From Rhodosorus marinus CCMP1338 (taxonomy: Eukaryota > Plantae > Rhodophyta): a stretch of 64,000 bases of DNA. This document shows, piece after piece, positions 50,107 to 63,676 of the stretch. The notes beneath the pieces were generated by a model, which was not told the DNA's origin, searched no databases, and worked only from the letters and a program-made list of their open reading frames with translations. The stretch covers positions 1,674,001 to 1,738,000 of the forward strand of contig JAMWBK010000001.1 of NCBI GenBank assembly GCA_029953675.1, written 5' to 3'. Each line of letters opens with the position of its first letter. The first letter of the stretch is position 1. The position numbers were made by a program, and so were the translations under genes.

Positions 50107-53100
50107 CTACGCGTTTGAACCAGCTTCAAGCGCTATAACCAATGCAAGGATAAAGCCGGCCTGTTCTGTAACTGTGATCGCATGCTTCTGCTCCACTAGA
50201 TCCTCCAGAACGCTCGTCATCTTCAGTTCCCTACTCAGCGTTGGCGTGAGCTTCCCGTTGTCCACACTGATTCGGATCAATCGCAGCATAAGTATCTGAA
50301 GGCGAGGAGTCTTCGAGCCAATGTAGGACACCATTAGTCTCAGCAAACGCTCCTCAACGATGATCCTAGAAACAACTTCTGAGAATTGCACGATATTGAC
50401 GAGCGACTCTAGCATAGCATCCAATCCAGCCGTGAGAGCTAGATTCGACTGAGGCAGTATCCTCCTTAGGAAAAGTGACTTGGGGTCCGCCCTTTGCCTA
50501 GGCCTCTCATTAGTCACTCTAACGAGCTCCTTTTCGACACGCTCCTAAAACCAAAAGACCGCGAAACAAAACAATGGTGAGGGACGACTTTCACTCAGCA
50601 TCGCTCATCACCCCAAAAACAGTTAACCCGCCTGAACGTCGACGTGTTACCTTTTCGTTTTCAAGCCATTCGAGGAGGGACTGCAGAATCTTCACGATGT
50701 ACATGTTCAGAGTTGTTGGAGATTCCAAAATTTCCATATAGAAATCTAGGCCATCATGCTTCCACAGCTCTTCTCTGGTCCTCGAGGAGACCATGGCCAG
50801 ACCCGCGTACAGATCCAGGGACCATGCTTTGAGCAATCCCGAATTTCTGATAAACCACTGAAGATGAGGAATTACCCCTGCCACACAAGCAAGCTCCTGC
50901 CGCTTGGAGCTCACGCGACAGATAAGGCTCAACGTGGAGATGACTTCGGTCATCATCTTCGGAACCAGTGCAGAGCACGTGTGGTTTGCGTACGACTCAT
51001 GATAGGTGTCGAGGATTCCCACTAGCCTGGGGATGACATCGGCATTTTGCAGTGGCGTGTGGCTCAGCGGATCCCTTGCAAGATCCAGGATCGACGACAG
51101 GAAGAGCTCCAGCGATGGCTCGAGGTCCGGTATCTTGAGAGCGTCCAATGTCTCAACCAGAGTCCCAAGCACTTCCTCGCCAGACAAGTACTTCTTCACC
51201 AAAGGGTCAGGCCTCTTGGCGAATATTTGGATCACCTCCGCGGCCTCGAATCGAATGCTCTGGTACTCTTCCTCTGCTCCCTTACGAGATATCCAGCTAA
51301 TACAAGCTGCCAGACGTCCCAGAGCTCCCTCGTGGCACATTCTGCGTGTGAAAAAGGCCCGATCCGCGTTCATCAAAATGGCCTTGATCCCCGAAATTCC
51401 GATCTGGACCATCTCCATGTGAGCGTCGCTCTCCATATCCGTTTCCAGAAGGGATATGAAGCCGCTCGATGCACGACACGCGCACAGGGTTCGTACTGTA
51501 GATTTGTCTAATGTCATTTGTTGAAGAAAGCGTCCAGCGGACAGCCGTACAGTGTCGAGATGCACACGATCGCATAATGGGATAATCACGGGAACAAGTC
51601 CAGACAGGCACAAAAGCTCTATCAAGTTCCCTGCCTTTGGGAGGTTTGTCGCAGTCGAATCTCTGTAGCTGGTCAGAAATGTCGCGCTTCTGTGCAACAT
51701 TTGGAAAGTCACATCCCTTGCCTCCTTCTCCTCTTCCATTAAACCATTCAACAGTAACAGGACAGACTCCAATACTTTCTCATTCAGAGGATCCTCTAGG
51801 TTTTCCAAAATCGGGAGAAGACCTGGCTGAACCAGGAAATTCGATCTGCGACACGGATATGCATAAGGGAGGGCGCATTAGCTTCAGGAACAGCCAAAGA
51901 CAACAGGTAAGCCATAGTTTTCCGCTAGGGCAGTAGGTTTTGGCCTACTTTTGAACTGGATGCGCAACAAAAATTTTCCGCAGTTCGGAGCACGCTCGAA
52001 CACGGGCTACTGGAGATTCATCGAGCAATCTAGCAGCGATTCTCTTCATCTCCTCCCATTTCTCAACATGACCTCGCTCACGTTCTCTTTCCTTGTCAGC
52101 AATCGGATCATCCTGATGGACAAGAGGATTACATGATTCAACAACCCCGAAAACCATAGCGAGGCCCCATTCATCCCGTTCGTCATAGCAAAATTAGTTC
52201 GACAAGACGTACCCCAAAGTCGAGATCTGAGGCCCAATCCATTTCCTCAGCCAGAGCGCCGTCTTTAAGCTGTTCGTGCTCATCGTCCAAATCAATCCAC
52301 TCGTCCATGTCATCTTCTCGTTCCTGATACTGGCTTAGTGCCATTTTCTGCGAATCACCACCAATTCCGTTCTCATCGTCAAGCAAGTCCTGATCATCAT
52401 CATCCCAGGTAGTATCAAACTCTACCGTACGGCGTACAAGGGTAGGGGAAGGCAAAGAACCCTATCTTTCAGCTCAAACAGCCAACAAAAAACGGTACGT
52501 GTGGTACACATACCGTCTGACGGCGATGCTGACACGGATGCATCGGCGGCGTTGTCCAGAATCCATCGATGCTTTAACAGCTGCTCGGCAGTTGCTCGGG
52601 TTGCGATATCCTTGCTGAAGCATTTAAGCAAGAAGTCCTCCAGAGGGGGAGATATATCCCCTGGTAGCGGTGGTCGATCATCTGTTACAATGCGATACAT
52701 TGCAGAAAACTCGTTGAGGTCCCCATAAGGGGGGACACCTGAAGATCCAATCGCAGGTGAGGAGCTCGTGAGATGATGCGCCCAGGACAGAAACCTGCGG
52801 AGCATTGAACATACCGGTGAGTAGTTCTATAATGGTGCAGCCAAGACTCCATATATCAGACTCTGTGGAAACGCCAGTAAGTGAGATGATCTCCGGAGCC
52901 ATCCAATATGGTGTCCCAACCGCGTCGAGGTCTTCTTCTTCTGCTTGATGAACATGCTTCTTCACGGAGACACCAAAATCCGACAACTTGACATGCCTGT
53001 CTTTGGTGATGAGTATATTCGCTCCCTTGATATCCCTGTGAATGACTCCCTGCTTGTGTAGATAAAGCAGTCCTTGCAAAATTTGCTTCACGAACCGTGC

Positions 53101-53880
53101 AATAAGCTTTTCCTCCAGCAGAATAGTGCATCCTGTGGCACAAGCGCCCCCCCCCCCCAAAAAAAAACGCGATCCAGAGTGAGCCAATAGTCTAGAAGCC
53201 CTAGTGCAAACTGGTCTTGCTCCGCACTATCGACTACTGGTTCCTGCTCGTTTTATCAGGAATGGCGTAGACCCAAGGCAGGATGCGATTTGTCCGGTTG
53301 TTCAGGAGTCCAGAAGACTCACCTGAGGCATATAGCGAGTCTGCCTTGACTTTGGCGACTGTATTAACGAGTTGCTCCAGAGAGCCGCCTTCGACGTACT
53401 CCATGACAATGTCGAGGTATTTGCTCTTAGGATCGTCGATGGCTTCATAATAATTCACGACGAATTCGTCCTAAAGTTGCGGCAGCGCACCAGCGGACAC
53501 AACAAGGGTCAACAATCGTTTCACGTGACTGTATGTCGCAAACGAGTCTATTAAGCAGTCAGCCTTACTTCCAAATTCTTCAGCAGCTCAATCTCATAAT
53601 GTAGGGCTCTTTCCTCCTCTGCAGTCAGTTGTTCTCGAAGAACACGTTTTACGGCGACATGAAGACCTTCCGAGATCATTAGTGACTTGTAAACCACTCC
53701 TCGACCGCCTTTTCCAAGTCTCTCCAATATTTTCTGCGTGCGAGCAATCCATACCAGAGACTAGGATTTTAGCAGCCTCGAAGCGCATTAATCAAATGAA
53801 TCGGCGTGCACCGAAAGTGTGTCACTTACATATTGCCCATTCTTCCCAACGATAACGTCCTGATTCTCCTTTTTACCCAT
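50107..53880 (-). CDS. STE-family Ser/Thr kinase with C-terminal ARM/HEAT repeats (Cdc15/SepH/MAP3K-epsilon-like), multi-exon
   Basis: Spliced LGKGGRGVVYK, VAVK, IVMEYVEGGSL, GVIHRDIKGANILIT, KLSDFGV, VGTPYWMAPEII and SDIWSLGCTIIELLTG. The helical C-terminus includes SSKRQELACVAGVIPHL, as in Cdc15/SepH-type kinases. The 3' end could extend toward 49848. Confidence 0.85.
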
Positions 53881-56800
53881 TTTGGGGGGAAAACCACCTA
53901 AGGGAACCTTCTCCAACGGCACCCGACCCACACTCTCAGAAAGAGCAAACACAAGCCAGCTCCAACCCGCCAAAACCGCTCGTTACCTCACACCCATGGC
54001 TTTCAAGTTCCAATCAACGATTTTCTCCGTCTGCAGTATGTCTGAAATAACTTTCATTTCTACTACCAATCCATTCATCCCCTTCAAAACTTTCGCCTCA
54101 AACAACAAAACTCAGGCATTCACTAGGCCCTTCCAATGCTATAAAACACCTCTCGAGTCGGTCCAGACAAAACCCTTTTCGTACATCTCCGTAGGCTTTC
54201 CTCATCAATGACTCATCCTAGTCCCTTCCTCTACTCGATTCCCTACTCAGTTGATTATCGACCTGACCTCAATCCGCTATTAGCCATAAGAAGGTCAACG
54301 AGTGTGGTGAATACACTACTTGCCCGATACCTCCTGAACAACAAAACGCACAGGAGTCTATATGATCAACAGTGTCACAGTGTCAATGACTTGACCCGTT
54401 AAGTGGGTTGGCTTGAACCCGTGTTTCGGATTTTGGAGGAGTGGGTTTTGTTGGTTTGCCACGCTCTAACTCAGAACCAATCGCCAATTTTCGTTTTACC
54501 CTGTTTTGTTGATACCTTCAAGGTCTCCATTCTTACTTTGCGTGTCAGTATCTTTTGAATCAAAGGAGTGTTTCGGCGCGAACCTAAGTGAACTGGGCGA
54601 GAAGAGTCAAGGAGCAGTGGAGATCTAAAAACCGAACTACTCGGTACATCTTGTATTTCAACTGTACTCTGGACGCTTTCAGCGGAGGAAGGACTTCGTG
54701 GAGGGCCTGTACATGAGGATCCCGCGAACACTGCGCCAGCTCGGACCCTCATTCCATTCGGGTGTTGTGACGATTTTAAGAAAAGTCTTAACTGTGGAGC
54801 ATTATCGGACACGATGGCTAGCGAAGGATTCCGGTCTATCCGTCAATTGCGCATCGATATCTGATTTATAATCTCATCGATTACTCCTATCCGCCAGCTC
54901 TTCCACTGGCAAGAAACACATCCTCGACTTGAAGCCGACGTTGTTCACCCTACATAGAAAAACATAATGTTCTCTGCTTTCTGTAAGAAAAAAGCTTTCC
55001 ATGACCGGACAGATAATGTCTACGCTCCTCCAAAATTAAGAAATATCTAAGACAAATATATTCTTAACCTTAAATATATTTAATCGCCAAGCGATGAGAC
55101 CACCATGCCAGAAATATTTGACCCCAGATGTATTTCTCCAAACTTCCGTGCCTTCCTTTACTGTGTCCCTGTCCCGCAAGCTTTTTGTGGACCCTCAATG
55201 ATTCCGTTTTTTCGGATCTACAGTATACTATCTATACACCGGATATACTATCCTTGCTACGCACTACGTAGTCTGACCTTGCGACTATGAGGGAAAGTCA
55301 TTACCGTCAAAACAAAAATTTACCGGAAGTTTCGATGTAACATTCAATGCTGCGAATGCGTTTCGGAATTGTAGGCTTAAACGATTACCCAGCAAAAAAC
55401 CGTGTTTAGAGAGAAAACACATAGGCCAGGCCTGCCCCTAAGGTGTTCACCTATCATTTAGGTTGTTTAGGAGCAATTGCCGTTTAGTTTTAGTAGTTGT
55501 CCGACTAGCTTCTATTTTGCAGACCGTCTAAATGATTGCTACGTGAGGTATATACTAGTAAAATACTATATAATATAGTATTTCTCTATGTAGTTATGCG
55601 TCTACTTAGCTGGAAATCTGCTAGGAAATCCACTCCTCAATGTTTTGCCCGTCGAGGGGTTGCGTTGTCTCATCACACATTTCCTCTGCAACAAGCCGGT
55701 TTTCAGCAAACAAATCTGGTAAGCGCGTCTCCATTGATATCCGACCGGTTTGGTATGCTAAGAGGGGAGTTTCGTCTTGTCGACAACTTTGGATATGAAT
55801 CTTCAGTTGCACGGCTGATGTAACCTGCTTCGAGAAAGCAGTACATAGAACCTTACAATTAGATCTATAGTAGGGTTGTGTGAAACAGACAGAGTGGAAT
55901 TTTGAGAGCCTTTTTTAGCGGTCAAACTCCTTCACAAATTGATACTTGGAGTGGTCGTTCTGGCTTGTAGAGTGACTATTTTCGTGGCGAACTGCTTGAT
56001 GGAAGCAATGAATTGATCAGATACCGTCAATCTTGGGTAGAACGAGCCCCTCGGCGGTTGTTCAATGAAGACTTGAGGGGGTCCTCAGAAGTCGCCTCAT
56101 CGCTGGAATCATGGCAATTTGCTACTTTTTTTCTTGTCGCGTAGCAAGGCGGTACCGAGCACTCGAGACGCAAACAGATGCTGAACTCTACAAGCCAATG
56201 CGTAGATGAAATCCGAAGGTTCACAACTCAATGTCCAACGAGAGCTAGTTGTTTTAGTTAACTCATGCGGTTGAAGCCACCGATACTGCGCTCAAACCCT
56301 AAAAATTACACATAATCTTGCTGATGAGGACGGTAATCACACTTGACGTCTAGTGATACCGCAAGCCAGCTCTGTGCGGCGCTTGCAAGTCTCATAAGGA
56401 CTCTGCCCGCAATCGATAAAAACCGAAATAGCTCATGTGAGGACTTTCACCGGGATTAACCGAATCATGGCTGTGGTTGATGCTGATCTTGCGTTCGCGC
56501 ACACTCGCTCCGCCTCCAAGCAATAGCCCAAGTACGGTTGGGTTGTTCTTCAACTGGCCACCTCAACACCGTTTTCAGCCGTGTTCCATATTATTAGCAT
56601 CAAAGCTGATCCTTCCAAACCTGGACGGTATCAATAGCAATAAAAGTTACTTCTATATGATTTTACAAGCCATGAACGTATCTGATTCAATCAAATTTCA
56701 GGGCTTATATTTGATACTCGGAATTGTTCTTTGAGAATCTTTTCCTCGATGGTACTCCGCGCCAAAACGACAATCGTGCATATGTTTAGGGACGCTCTTC

Positions 56801-56919
56801 GTTGGGTTTCGTTTATGAAAACGGTGTTGAGGATCGGTGAGCTGGAGATGGTTGAGGAGGTCCAGGCTGTGGAGTAACGCGCTTTTGGGGCGAAGGATGT
56901 GAATGCCCAATAGGTCGCC

Positions 56920-58427
56920 ATGGAAGTTTCATGGCGTCAGCTCGCTTCTGAGCTGGAAGCTGAAGTTGAGCAGCTGAAGTCGATGGTTGCTCGATGCCGA
57001 TCGGAGAGTGCGAACGTGAAGGGAGAGCTGGAGGCTCTAGGTTCGTTGATAGAGCAAGAAGAGCAGAGAGAGGAAAAGCTTAGGGCGAGTGTCAATAAAT
57101 CAGTCAAGCCAATTGAGGGAGATCGTGGAATGGAGGTTTTCGCCCTCGAGACGCAATTGGTAACGATCAAAGTTGGTATTGCGCAGGCCAGATTCGAACG
57201 GGACTCCCTACAATCCGAGGTACGCCCTCTGAGAGAAAAGCTTGCATCCGGTGCGCCCTCGATGGGAGACCAGCCTATTGTCTCCCTTTCTAGAGAAGCA
57301 AAATTTGACGACAATGCGTTGGTGGTGGGTGTTGGAATGAGGGTTGGTTCTGTCTACCAGGCCGGAGCACTGGAGGCAGAGCCGGGCGTGCTCAAGTTTT
57401 ATCCCCTATACCGTACTGCTCTCAGAAGAAAAGAGCGGATGCTGGAGATCCAAATCTCGCCGAGAGATTTGTGCTACATTGAGGAAAACTACGAGCCAGA
57501 CCCAGCCATCACCCAGCTCTTAAGCGCCGTGAAACTCGGTCAGAAGGGACAGGAACCGTACTCTCTCTTGGGTCTAAGATCGAGTCTTGAAGTATTGCAC
57601 TCCCACCTCAAGCCGAGATTGCGTATCTCCTATACTCCACCGGGAAAACCGGAAGCTCTGGCAAAGCCAACAGTCGCATGGCCACCAGTGGAAGGAGCAG
57701 AGCCTAAACCCGCTCGTGAAGAGCTGGAAAACAAACCGGACACAATTCGGAAAGAGACCAGCCCAACGCTAAAATTCACGAGAGCCATGTCCAATCCATC
57801 GGACATCTTGGAACCTGGAGTGTGTGCACAGCTGGTTAGAGCTATGCCAGCGAGGAACAGAATGGGCGACTGGCAACTGCTCTATTCAACGTCCTTACAT
57901 GGATTTTCACTGCAAACCTTCTTCGCGCTCGTTGGGAAGAGCAGCCCGACTTTGTTGGCGATACGCGACTCAAACGACAACGTTTTCGGATGCTACGCAG
58001 CATCGCCGTGGGTATCGACAGGCCACAGATACTATGGGACTGGGGAGACGTTTCTATTCTCGGCTCATCCGCACTTCGCAGTATACAAATGGACTCACGC
58101 AAACTCCTTCTTTCAGCTTAGTTCCCTTGACAACCTCGCCGTTGGGGGAGGGGGTAAGGCTGCAACTCATGCTTGTTGCGGAACGGAGATCGTGATCTCT
58201 TGGTACAAACACGGCTAAATCTGAGCGCTTGTTTCCCACTCGTACGTCAAGGTCATTTCGGACTGTGGATTGATTCCGAGTTCCACACGGGTACAAGTGG
58301 GCGGTCCGAGACATTTGATAACGAGCCGCTAACAGTCGACGGAGATTTCAGATGCATTTCGTTTGAGGCTTGGACTTTCAGGCCAAAGTCACAACTGCAG
58401 GATGCGACACCCGAGACAAAACACTGA
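56920..58427 (+). CDS. TLDc-domain protein (OXR1/NCOA7-like) with N-terminal coiled coil (2 exons)
   Basis: WQLLYSTSLHGFSLQTFF, VFGCYA, YYGTGETFLF and LAVGGGG, then GHFGLWIDSEFHTGTSGRSETFDNEPL...FEAWTF. Confidence 0.9.
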
Positions 58428-60083
58428 ATTGCGGCGAGAGAGAGGACTGAAGTTCCGGTGCCGACGTCTTCAATACTTCAAGCGTCTGCAAATGACCTTA
58501 AAGGTCAGAACAGCACCAGGAGCATGGACAGGGGGCCCTCCAGCTGCAAACGCGGCGCTTGCGATACCAGAAATACCACCTACAGAGTTTACGTATGGCA
58601 TTATGAAGAAGCGACAAGTTGCGGCCAACAAAACTAACTTTTTCTTACGTGAGTGTCGGGGCTTGTCATAGTGTATATATAGCAAAAGGCTCGCTGAATT
58701 CTCATAATCCGGAGTCACCCAAGCTACTATTAAACCGGGAAACTCCCTATGCCGACAGACTGCACTTTAGATTCCGTCCGCCCATATCCTTCTGTCAGGA
58801 GATGCTTCCAAGCGAACGCCCTTATCCAGACCCACGGTGAAAACAGTAACACGCTCGGGGTTTGCAAGTGAAGCAAAATGAACACCACATCTTCTGAGCT
58901 TCCCAAGACATCGACTTAAGAGAACTGTCTATTCCACATAGAGTCAGACTGCGTTGTTCAGGACTAGGCACTGACAGCTTTTTGGCATCACAGGCACGGG
59001 GAGAAGACAGCATCAAGTGCATTGGGGCCTGGAGTGGTTCTATAACCACGAATGTACGGCGTTCCAGCTTTCGCTCCCATATACCAGTCAAGATCTTTAT
59101 GCTACCATTTATATCTTGGTGCCAAGCAAATTCGTATGTCTCAAGCGAATAATGTTGTTCCCAAAACGGCAACCATCACCTCGGTCGCACGCATCCGTTC
59201 AATCAATCTACTACCCCTAACCAACCAGGAAAACGAAACCCTTACAAACACGATATGCCGGGGGTTCGGACTGTGGGGAAGAAATACGAATTCAAGCAAA
59301 ACGAAAATATTATCCACCTCTTCACCGCATGCTGTGTGGACGCTCACCCCTCTTAGAGAGATAGCTTCATGACAACGGATCCCAATCAGAGGGTATATTT
59401 TTTGCATAATGAATATCAATAAAAAATATTTAAAAATCCGTTGGACAGCTGTTTATTTTTTTCATGTTTGAATCTTAGCAGAAATGTAGGCACGTTTCTG
59501 TTAGCTTAGAATAAGGATATGGAGACAAGATTAAGTATTTTTTCTCAAAATATATTTTGTTTAAGAATTTTTCTGAGTTAGTGGACTACATTAGGTCCCT
59601 ACGCAAAGAAAAAATGCTTTATATTTAGGCACTCCGAATGATATTTTTGTAACTGGTGTTTCCATCGTAGCCGCTGGTTCGTTTTAAGGGAAAACGGAGA
59701 GGTTTTTGAGGGATTTTTTGTGCGGGTGGGACTGAGAGGGGGAACAGTTTCAGGGTTGGCAATAGTGGCAGCAAAGTTTGATTGCGTGTCAAAAAACTCT
59801 GGGAAAACAACCCAAAAAGGAGAAAACCATGACATGCAGGGAATATATTAGGGATGTGACGGGGAAGGTGAAGAAGTGAGAGGTGGAAGGGTAATGGGTA
59901 AGGGGAGCGAGTGGTCTAAGGTATCCAGAGGAATTGAAGGATCTAGTGTGAGAATGGACTAAACGCTTGGATTTCAAAAGGGTTTGAAGTGTCTTGAGGA
60001 TTTGCGACAGGTGGAGATTTCTGCGGATAGCTATTGAGAGGAAGTTGGAGTGCTTTTTGTCGTTGGAGGAGCGAGAGGATAAG

Positions 60084-62036
60084 ATGGTAGGTGGTGGGGC
60101 TCCTACGCTGATCCCGAGCTATGATCCTAGCCTGGCGGAAAGCGATGATGCCGTAAAAGGTTTGGCGGAGGATGAGGGCCCCCTGGCTCCAAAGTTGTCT
60201 TTGTTTGGCGTTGCGGTTGGGTTGCTGGGAATGCAGTTCGCTTGGACTGTGCAGATTGGATACGTAACGAAGGCGTTGCTGGAGTTAGGGGTCTCCCGCC
60301 AGTTTGTAGCTTTGGCCTGGCTTGCGGGACCGATCGCTGGTATCGTTATGCAGCCCATTGTTGGCTGGTATTCTGACCGGAACACATCGCGATTTGGTAG
60401 ACGGAGGCCATTTATTATCGTGGGTGTCATCCTCGCGGTGGTTATGATGATCATCTTTGGGTTTGGCGACAAGCTTGGGAAGATGCTCGGTGACACGGAT
60501 GATCACAAACGAGGTAACCTCACTGGAGCACCAACCTTACGAACGTACTTTCCAGAGGCTCTAAGAGGAGTTCCGTTTCCTCCGTTTTTCTTCCGATCAG
60601 CAATTTTTGTCTCAGTGAGCGCATTCTGGTGTCTTGATTTCGCCATCAACGCTGCGCAAGGCCCGGTAAGAACTTTGCTGGTTGACATAGCCCCGCCGTC
60701 CCAGCAAGCTGAAGGGAATTCCTATCTCGCTTTGGGGACCTCCCTGGGCAATTTTCTCGGCAGCTTAATGGGTAGCTTGGACTTGAAGTGCGCCGCACAC
60801 TCAGCTTTCATTAGCTGCTTAGAAACTTGGTGTTGTGCCTGTGCATTGCCCTAGGGGTTTGTCCTCAACTGTAGGGCTGAATGCAGATCATCTGAAAGCG
60901 CGTGTTCTTTCTACTGTTCAGGAAAGTTTTCACGTTTTTCCACAACGACGTGAGTGCCATCTATACGCTGGGGGCCATTGTGCTTCTCGCCACTTCTGTT
61001 GTTTGTGTAGTTTTCGCCAAAGAAACGCCAGCAACCGACGAAGAGATTGAGGTGATACAGAATAGTACAGAGAATGGCTTCTCAGCGTTGAAAAGAGCTT
61101 GCTCTGAAGCGCCCAGTGCCTATTGGAAAATTTATGGAATCAACTGCTTCACCTGGTTTGCTTGGTTTACTCTGTTCGTCTATGGAACCTCCTGGGTTGG
61201 GGCTGAGGTGAGGGTTCAATCAACACTTGATGCGTGGTGTATCAAATGTCTGTGTGTGTGTACGTAGCTGAATGGTCTACTTGTATATGCCCTAGGTTAT
61301 GGGTGGTAGCGAATCCGCTGAGGAAGGTACTGAGGCAAGGACGACCTACGACGATGGCGTTCGGTTGGGAAATTTGGGTTTCTCGCTGCAGGCTGTGGTT
61401 GCTATTGTCTATTCGATTATGCTGAACTTCTTGATGTCAAGGTTCGGGAAGCTGGGGCCGTACATCTTCTCACAGATCGTTCAAGCGGTTGTATTGTCGT
61501 GTACCCTTTTTGTCAAGAAGGCTGTGACGGCGATCGCACTGTTTGGAGCGCTCGGAATTTGTTGGGCAAACTCCATGGCTGTATGATCTCATTCATCCTA
61601 GTTTTTTTGTTGACCCCAGCACTTGACTGATGCTGTTCTGGTGGCTAATACGAGTAGTACCGTCCTAAACATCCCCTTCTTCAATGCCTTGCAGGTTCCA
61701 TGGGCAATCATCGGTGAGATTACGGGTAAAAACGCCCCTGAGTTGGCTGGCATGTACATTACTATTTTTAACTCCAGCCAAGCGTTTCCGGAAGTTTTGG
61801 TTTCTGTTGTCGCTCAGGTACTGCGCCTCTCTTCGGAACAATCTGTCCGGAATCCAGGATGCAGTTGGTAGTGATGCTGACTTGATTTCTCGTTTTGCGT
61901 ATGCTTTCAGTGGATTGTTGGTGCCACGGGGAGCCAGACGGTCGTCCTTGTGATGGGCGGTGGTGTCGCCACGCTAGGTGCATTGTTCTTGTGCATAGCA
62001 CAGATCGATCTGCCGGTTATGGATCCATACTTCTAA
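60084..62036 (+). CDS. SUT/SUC-SLC45 family (GPH) sugar:proton symporter, multi-exon
   Basis: GMQFAWTVQIGY, AWLAGPIAGIVMQPIVGWYSDRNTSRFGRRRPF, FWCLDFAINAAQGPVRTLLVD, CFTWFAWF, DDGVRLG and VPW. The last exon ends ...VMDPYF TAA at 62034-62036. Confidence 0.9.
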
Positions 62037-63487
62037 ATGCTTATTGACAAAGCGCTTACATAGGAAGCCCGCTAGAAGTGCGTCAAAGGTCCCACAACCC
62101 CCGAAGTAGGTTTTACAGTGCGTATCGAACGGTTTATTTATTGCGGACATAGAGAATTTTGCGCTACGCGCAATCGGAAACGCGCAAGCCATAAACTACT
62201 TGTTAGCCCCTGCAGACGTAGACCCAACACAAAAGATTCTGCTCTGAAGAAGCCACCAACCTCGAGAGCAAATCTGCATACCGCAGTGTTCAAGACGACA
62301 ACCTCGTACGAAAGCCACGAGGACGCATCGCAGCATCTACTTCACGCGGTGTCATCACTTCCACTGCAGAAGCTTGCAAAAGCCTCCTTCGGTACCCAGA
62401 ATTATGAGCCTTCCTCCTGCATGCAACCGTTAGATCTTTATGTAAGAGTCAGGCGGCGAACTGGGTGGGCATGCTGATGCGTGCCAGCTGCAAAGGGAGT
62501 CGTGGAAAGCAAGCTAGGAAGCTCCTATCACTGGCTCTCTTCCACCGGGCTTTGGAAGGAGATGTGATCCAATATGTGACGAGCTGGACCTGTGGCTTAC
62601 ATAGGTCAGCTAGCACTCAAGAAATGGCCCATGTTAAATGTTCGTGATCAGATCCTGCGCTCGTTCTAGGCAATCAGAAAGAGTGGCACCCAAGCGAACG
62701 CACATGAAAACCTGACCGTCAGCTCCTCGAAGATAGAGCAGTTTGACCAAGTACTGGTTCGATCCCGCTGCGAAAAGTGGATCTGGCCTTGGTTACGAGA
62801 TGTTGCCACAGAACACGAAGACGGGGGTGGAGATGGACCTAATGAGGGATAACTCGAGACAAGTGAAAAATGTTCTATTCCAGGAGTTTCTCCCAGTTTC
62901 CGTTTTTCGGAGCTAGATATAGACAAAACAAAAAAAAGGGCTAACGAGTGGGTCTCGCCAATTAAGGCGGCGACCCTGTCTGGAAGCGCTGAGTGGTGAG
63001 TGGTTGCTTTGCGACGAAGATATATTTGTGAACTTCTGCTTGTTGATCTGAGACAATCACACAGTCATTGAAACTCGGGGGGATGAACGACATCCCAGAA
63101 CTAGGCTAATGAGGTAAATAGCCCTCCTCGGGAAGAGGGAAGAGGACAACATGCACTCTTGATCTGGTGTGGTGTATACATAGTAGTCTGGCAGGTCAGC
63201 AAATGCCAAAAAGGCCGAACAGGTTTCATCCTACCCACTTGCAGGTGCCTTTCCCTCGCACAACCAATCAAACCTCGCAAGCGTTCCTTAAAAAATAAGA
63301 TCCAAGATCATCAGCCCATCAAACCAGCAAGATCCTTACACACAATCATCTTAAGACAGTAAAAACAGTCACACGGCATCTGTTGAGTAAGAAGACATCT
63401 CGTATCGCGCGGTCTTCCCCACCAAAATATACGCAACAAGTCAACGGAAAGAGGATTGCATTGAACAGCCAATGTCAACATCAAGAG

Positions 63488-63676
63488 CCCTATCAAAATT
63501 CATGGGTTCTCATGAACCCTATCAAAATCTCATCGATTCTGATATGAACCCTATCAATAATGTAAAGATCTTCAAAACTGCATTTGCTATGATGTACAAA
63601 TATTGAATAATTATGATTTAAATTAAAGAATTTTGCTATGATGTACAAAAACTGGATAATTATGATTTAAATTAAA
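63488..63676. repeat. AT-rich compound tandem repeats
   Basis: ccctatcaa starts at 63488, 63517 and 63549 (29-32 bp period). It is followed by two copies of about 45 bp with 49-bp period (63583-63627 and 63632-63676). Confidence 0.85.

Noticed and set aside
54471-54812. 113-aa minus-strand ORF as a gene
   Set aside because: GTG start, Ser/Pro-rich, with no motif or splice support.
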